Virus record (IMG/VR): IMGVR_UViG_3300033072_000542 | DNA length: 64,000 bases | Origin: a virus | Reading direction: 5' to 3' (one strand) | Shown here: positions 59,104 to 64,000 of the stretch, piece by piece | How the letters are laid out: the number at the start of each line of letters is the position of its first letter | Numbering within the stretch: position 1 is the first letter of the stretch | Made by a program: the position numbers and the translations under genes | The notes under the pieces: model-generated | Database searches by the model: none | Told to the model about the DNA's origin: nothing | What the model saw: only the letters and a program-made list of their open reading frames with translations

Positions 59104-60349
59104 GTCAGTAAAAAGTATTAAATTTGTTTGCCAGTCTCAGTATACACAAGCGCAACTGGCATGAGAACCAAAGTATACAATTCCAACAATTCGAGGTCCA
59201 AATCTTTCCAATGCTCCAGCGGTTCAGTCTCTAGCAACTTACCAAAATCCCATCTCTTGAAATGTGACGAAAAACGCCATGCCTGACGGAATGCAAATAT
59301 CTCACCCAACTCTTGTGTTTTACTAATCATAAAAACTCCTACATGAATACAACAAACAACAACAAAGCGCAAATTATAATCAGCGCAACACTATCAGCAA
59401 CATCGGCGGCACCTGAATAGCCGTCATGTTGTTTTTCAAACATATCTTTCCAACTCATTTTGTTTCATCAACTTTTGGAACATCTTTCCATTCCGACCAT
59501 TGATAGACTGCGGTCCGTTCAATACTTTCTTTGTCCCACATTCCTGCACGAACTGCAACATCTTGTTTCGCACGAAACTGTAATACCTTTTCAGGACCAT
59601 CCCAACCAGGACGAATGTGCCAACGTAATTCAAACATATCAACTCCACATTTTTACTGACCAATACAACGGCCAAAAACATGATGCAAAAAACGCCTCAA
59701 TCGCTCTTGTGCCAATACTTGTTTGTAATGTCATACCAAAAGAAACATAGGTGTCAGGAACAGATTTGTATGCATGTCCATATGTTACCACAAACATAAT
59801 TGGATACATTAAAATTATCCAAATTGGGTCAAGGTCAAACTTCTTCATGCTTCATACCAATTGATATCGTCAAGAATTTCAACACTCTCAGCACCATCAT
59901 ACTCATCAATACGGAATCTTGTGCCAATAGGAATCCATTGCACAGTTAGTCCATCGAGACCGCCAAGATATGCTTCAGGATAACGTTTCTCTGCAACAAC
60001 AGCAATTTCAGTTTCCTCAGCACCATCAAGAATCATTCGTGCAATCACAGGATCAAAAACACAATCAGGATAATCATATATCCATGTTGACCAGCCAGCG
60101 CCATAGCCACGTGATACTAACACAGCAACATGCCCATTCTCGATTAATTTTTCAGTCACGAATAATCTCCATTACAAAAAGACAAGACATAATCATACAC
60201 GATTTTTGGTCCGTTGTCAACATTCTGATAAACTGAAAGTGGTGTTTTACCTTGGAACGAAATGTTACAAGAATTCCACCACAAATCAATTACCATTGGA
60301 TCGTTGCCGAGAAGTGGTCTCAGCAACTTATCAACATCCGATTTTATAA

Positions 60350-60799
60350 TTACCATGACGAATGGTATTCAAAAATGAAGTTGTCGGTAATCTTTTCATT
60401 ACTCAACAAACTTTCCAATCGGTCAATCGTATCCTGAACGCCTTCAAAATACCAGTCATCATACTCAACGGTACCAAAAAAGAAACCACTGGCAGTAGGC
60501 AACAACTCACACGCTTTACCTTTGTTTGACATAACTTGTTTACAAAGGTCTACCAATTCTTTTAGTTTCTCATTGGAAACATAATATGTGCCACAGTCAT
60601 CAACACCTTTTTGCACATTCTTAACGAACCAATCGTGAATGGCATTAGCCTTGCGCCAATACATCGCCTCACAAACAACTTCCTGGATTGGAAGGCCAGT
60701 CAATTCGGAAAGTTTATCCAACTCACCACGCAATTCCTTATCACGCTCACTATAATCAGAGACATAACGCCGAGCATTCAAATACATATCCAAACCCAT
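60350..60799 (-). CDS. Hypothetical protein
   Basis: 149 aa ORF. Confidence 0.3.
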   Translation of the reverse strand: MGLDMYLNARRYVSDYSERDKELRGELDKLSELTGLPIQEVVCEAMYWRKANAIHDWFVKNVQKGVDDCGTYYVSNEKLKELVDLCKQVMSNKGKACELLPTASGFFFGTVEYDDWYFEGVQDTIDRLESLLSNEKITDNFIFEYHSSW

Positions 60800-61727
60800 G
60801 ATAACTCCTTATCGTAACGTATATTTAATGGCGGTGGTCAAATTCAACACACCCAAGACAAAGTTAGCCGCAATGAAAAATTTGGCCATATCTCTTTCAA
60901 AAATTTTCGTATTCAACATAGCAACCCAAAAATTGAAAACTGAAATTATCATCGCAACAGTCATTGGCAAAACATTAGGATCCATCAATCAACTCCAAAA
61001 TTTTATTTGCAAAGTATTCTTTGCGATACCGATCCGATGATTCTAACACATGGTCAGCACATGCACGGACAACCAACTCAGCGAACTTTTCCAGTGCATC
61101 AAGATACCATTGTTCATACGCCAGCGGATTATTCATAGACAATCCAGCCTCAGTGTAAAGTTCTTTCACTGGCAGTTTCATACCACCGCTTCCAACTCAC
61201 CGATTGTGATACGGTAAGCAATCCGATACTCGGTAGGCAAAGTGCCCATCTTCAACATAGTTTCCATCAACTCCAAAGAGTCCATGAAACTATTACAATT
61301 ATAAGTGGCACCAAATTTTGATACCAATTTCACAGCATCACCAGTAGTCATTTTGTCTCTCCACGCTTCAACAGAAAAGCAACCATTTGTTCAAAAGCAC
61401 CCATATTAAATCACTCGCTCATCAACAGTTACAGAAACCTTGCGACTACCAGTTACGGCTTGTAGGCGCCCCATATTTGAAATTGAATATTTGCTATTAC
61501 CACGCCATGTTTTCTCGCTAGGACGAGCCTTAGCGGTGGCGTAAACAGTCACCAAAATACCATCTTCATTCACGTAAGTTTTCAAAACTTTCATATCAGG
61601 CTCCAAACAATAAAGCAACATCAACAAAAACAAGTATAACCGAAACGGCCAACAAAGTCAAGAGGATTGGTAATTCGTAGCGATAAAACAACACTTTTTT
61701 CTCTCTTTCTCATCAATCTATGTGTAT

Positions 61728-61755
61728 AGTATAGCAGGATCCATACCAGTGTCAA
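61728..61755 (-). promoter_or_regulatory. Sigma70-type early promoter (TTGACA-N16-TATACT)
   Basis: Reverse complement TTGACActggtatggatcctgcTATACTatacacatagattgatga. Confidence 0.55.
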
Positions 61756-64000
61756 TATAAGAAAAAAGTATTACAAGTGTTTTAGTCAGGTATTAGAACC
61801 CGTTCCAGATAGCCGAGAGTAAAAATATCACCATCGTGCCAATGTGTGAGCCCAAGAAAAAGCCGACAAACATCATATAAGCCCTCGGATAATCCGGTTC
61901 ACGGTCATAAAACAATTTACCAATAAACAAAGTCAGCATCAACAGCACAAAGGCTGAGGCTGATAGTTTAAGAAAAAACAAAGTCATTTTCTTCCTTTTG
62001 CTTTCAAATATTCTTCATCATCAAGGTCACGGAGACCACCACAAGGTTTGTTAATCGCTTTTTGAGTAGCACGATTACCAAGCATTACCAATCCACACTT
62101 ACCACAATACATGAATGCACCAACAGCGTGGAGTTTGCGGTTGAAATTATGTCCGTTCATCTTTCAGGCTTTCATTCCGTTTAGCCACAAACGCATCATG
62201 GTCAGCCTGATTACCAATGCGATAACCACCATCGCCAGAATGAATTTCAGCGCCAGCATTAATCATCGCTCTTCGTTCCAGCACTTCAATTCTAGCAGTC
62301 AAGTGTTCAATCCATGCTCTAGCAGTAGCCATATCCTTTTCTAGGGCTTCTACCTTTTCCTCTAGTGTGCCAATAGCAAGAGACTGGCCATAATCCATAG
62401 CCCAATTTAATGCACTCATACAGTAATTCCATAAATCTGTAAAACACGTGCAGGCGGATGCCCACACGCAACAAAGTATTGGTCTTTGGTATTGGATACC
62501 TTACGAATTACCCAATAACCACGAAGCCGAAAAAACTCCAAATCATCCATCATGCTATCCGAGTATAGGTAGCACGATAGTAGCACTCAGAATCGCCCGA
62601 TGCATACTCCTCGCAGAATTTTCTGGCTTCTTCCTCAGTAGTAAAGTATTCGGTACCCATATCACGTTGACCCCAGCCACGCTCATATTCCCGACACTCA
62701 ACACGATACAGAGGACCGTCCATTGTAACTCTTGCCATAATCAACCTCTCTTTCTATGCTTTAACTTTAACAGGAAAGCCGCCAACTGTCAAGTAAGTAA
62801 AAAGTTCTCATGTCGAGAAAACTTCTCTCACCTCACAAACAATCAAAAGTTTATTGTCATTTTTACCATCCAGCATCAGATTCAACGAATCACTGGCATT
62901 CACATAGGTAAGAAACGGACCATCCAAACACTCGACTTCATCCATTCCGTAGTCATACACAACATAATATAAACGCATTTTATAAGTTTTCATCCTTGTG
63001 CCTCCATTTCACGCATCAACATAATCATTCTCTCAACGAACGTTGGCTTTACGATACCATCAATTTCATCAACCATTTCCTGCAGTAAGTCAATCTGACC
63101 TTGTTTCCAGCGGCGGTCAAAATCATTGTGTGCAGAATCCATAATATCCTTGTGCCAGAGAATACACAACTCCAAGTAAATAGAGAAAATATTCTTAGGC
63201 ATCACATCAACAGCCTCAGCAGGAATATAAGGTATTGTCATTCTTTAACCTTTGATACAACAAAACATGGGTCATACTCTAAACAAGATTCAAACTTACC
63301 AACGAAGTTTTTATTTTCATCCCACAAAGCAATAGTGATACCACCACGCCATGTGTTTTCGATTTCCCAACCATCGTGATTGTAGAAATAGTGCTTAGAG
63401 ATTTCTTGAATTAACCATTCAGTTTCCCAGCGGTCATACTCATCCTCATTCGTCACAGAACGGATATCTCGGTCATACTCAAACGCAATCGCATCTTCAA
63501 CATCCAACTCATCTTTGTGCCAGATATTGGCGATATAGTAAACTGTAATCATCACACAACCTCGTAAACGTGCCAAACAAAAGCACCATCAAAGACGGTA
63601 GCCACATAACAAACATTCTCTGGCACGATATGGCCAGTTCCGTAGATATAAAAAGTCCGATGCTCTGGTAACGCACTATCATCAACCTCAGCCCAAATGC
63701 AAAGGTCACCATTTTGTATTGCCGCAGTCAGCACCTTAGCACCACTTGGTAACTGTAACTCACCATTTCCGATTTTGTATTTGTAAACAGTTTTCATCAG
63801 TAACATTCCTCAACTTCAACATTATGTCCTAGATATTCCAACAACGCTTTGATTCCCGCAGTTCCCATATCTTCATCATTATGGTCCCACCGAAACCGTT
63901 TGTCATCCACGTTAATAGCCCAACCATCACAATACAGTTCAATCTCAACTTTTTTCATCACTCAACTCCAAAATGGTCATTAATCAAATCACACGCTTGA

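Noticed and set aside
48608-62744. Listed ORF starts at 48608, 61633 and 62744
   Set aside because: These begin at TTG codons rendered as M in the track. In-frame ATGs with good RBSs lie a few codons downstream and were used instead.
1-64000. CRISPR arrays, integrases, transposases
   Set aside because: No direct-repeat/spacer arrays and no recombinase-like ORFs were seen. The repeats found are the inter-tRNA elements and the promoter families.

Overview
This window reads as a T4-like myovirus segment with low GC content, almost all of it transcribed on the minus strand. Positions 1-21.3 kb carry a baseplate/tail module: a >1370 aa structural protein running off the window, then gp8-like, gp7-like, gp6-like, gp25-like, a gp5-like hub with a separate beta-helix spike, and gp27-like genes. 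On the plus strand there are gp4-like, gp19-family tube-like and gp29-like genes; the gp29-like tape-measure protein carries a SleB-type hydrolase domain. The replication block follows at 21.4-24 kb: gp32, gp59, and weaker gp33-like and dsbA-like calls. Then come two accessory loci: an AAA+ ATPase with a second SleB-like hydrolase, and an enzymatic cluster of three PP-loop ATPases, a radical SAM protein, a Rieske protein and a TctC-like binding protein. Further along are PhoH, ClpP, a GalE-like epimerase, a GT2 glycosyltransferase, rnh and a PBP5-like DD-carboxypeptidase. The region 46.9-53.9 kb is a dense minus-strand array of about 30 tRNA or tRNA-like genes whose anticodons cover all 20 amino acids, interrupted by a few small ORFs and host-type promoters. 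The last 10 kb (54-64 kb) is a run of small early-type genes behind TTGACA/TATACT promoters, including a split PNK-like kinase/phosphatase pair and an SPFH protein. The three most notable observations are: (1) a circularly permuted two-piece tmRNA gene with tag ANDEKFALAA at 26.2-26.5 kb; (2) a vWA-domain (Ro60/TROVE-like?) protein next to tRNA-mimic RNAs that show compensatory changes in their closing stems, which looks like a phage Rsr/Y-RNA module; and (3) unusual tRNAs, including a candidate CUA amber suppressor and three short-variable-arm Leu-anticodon tRNAs. All calls were made by eye from the sequence; nothing was searched or computed.
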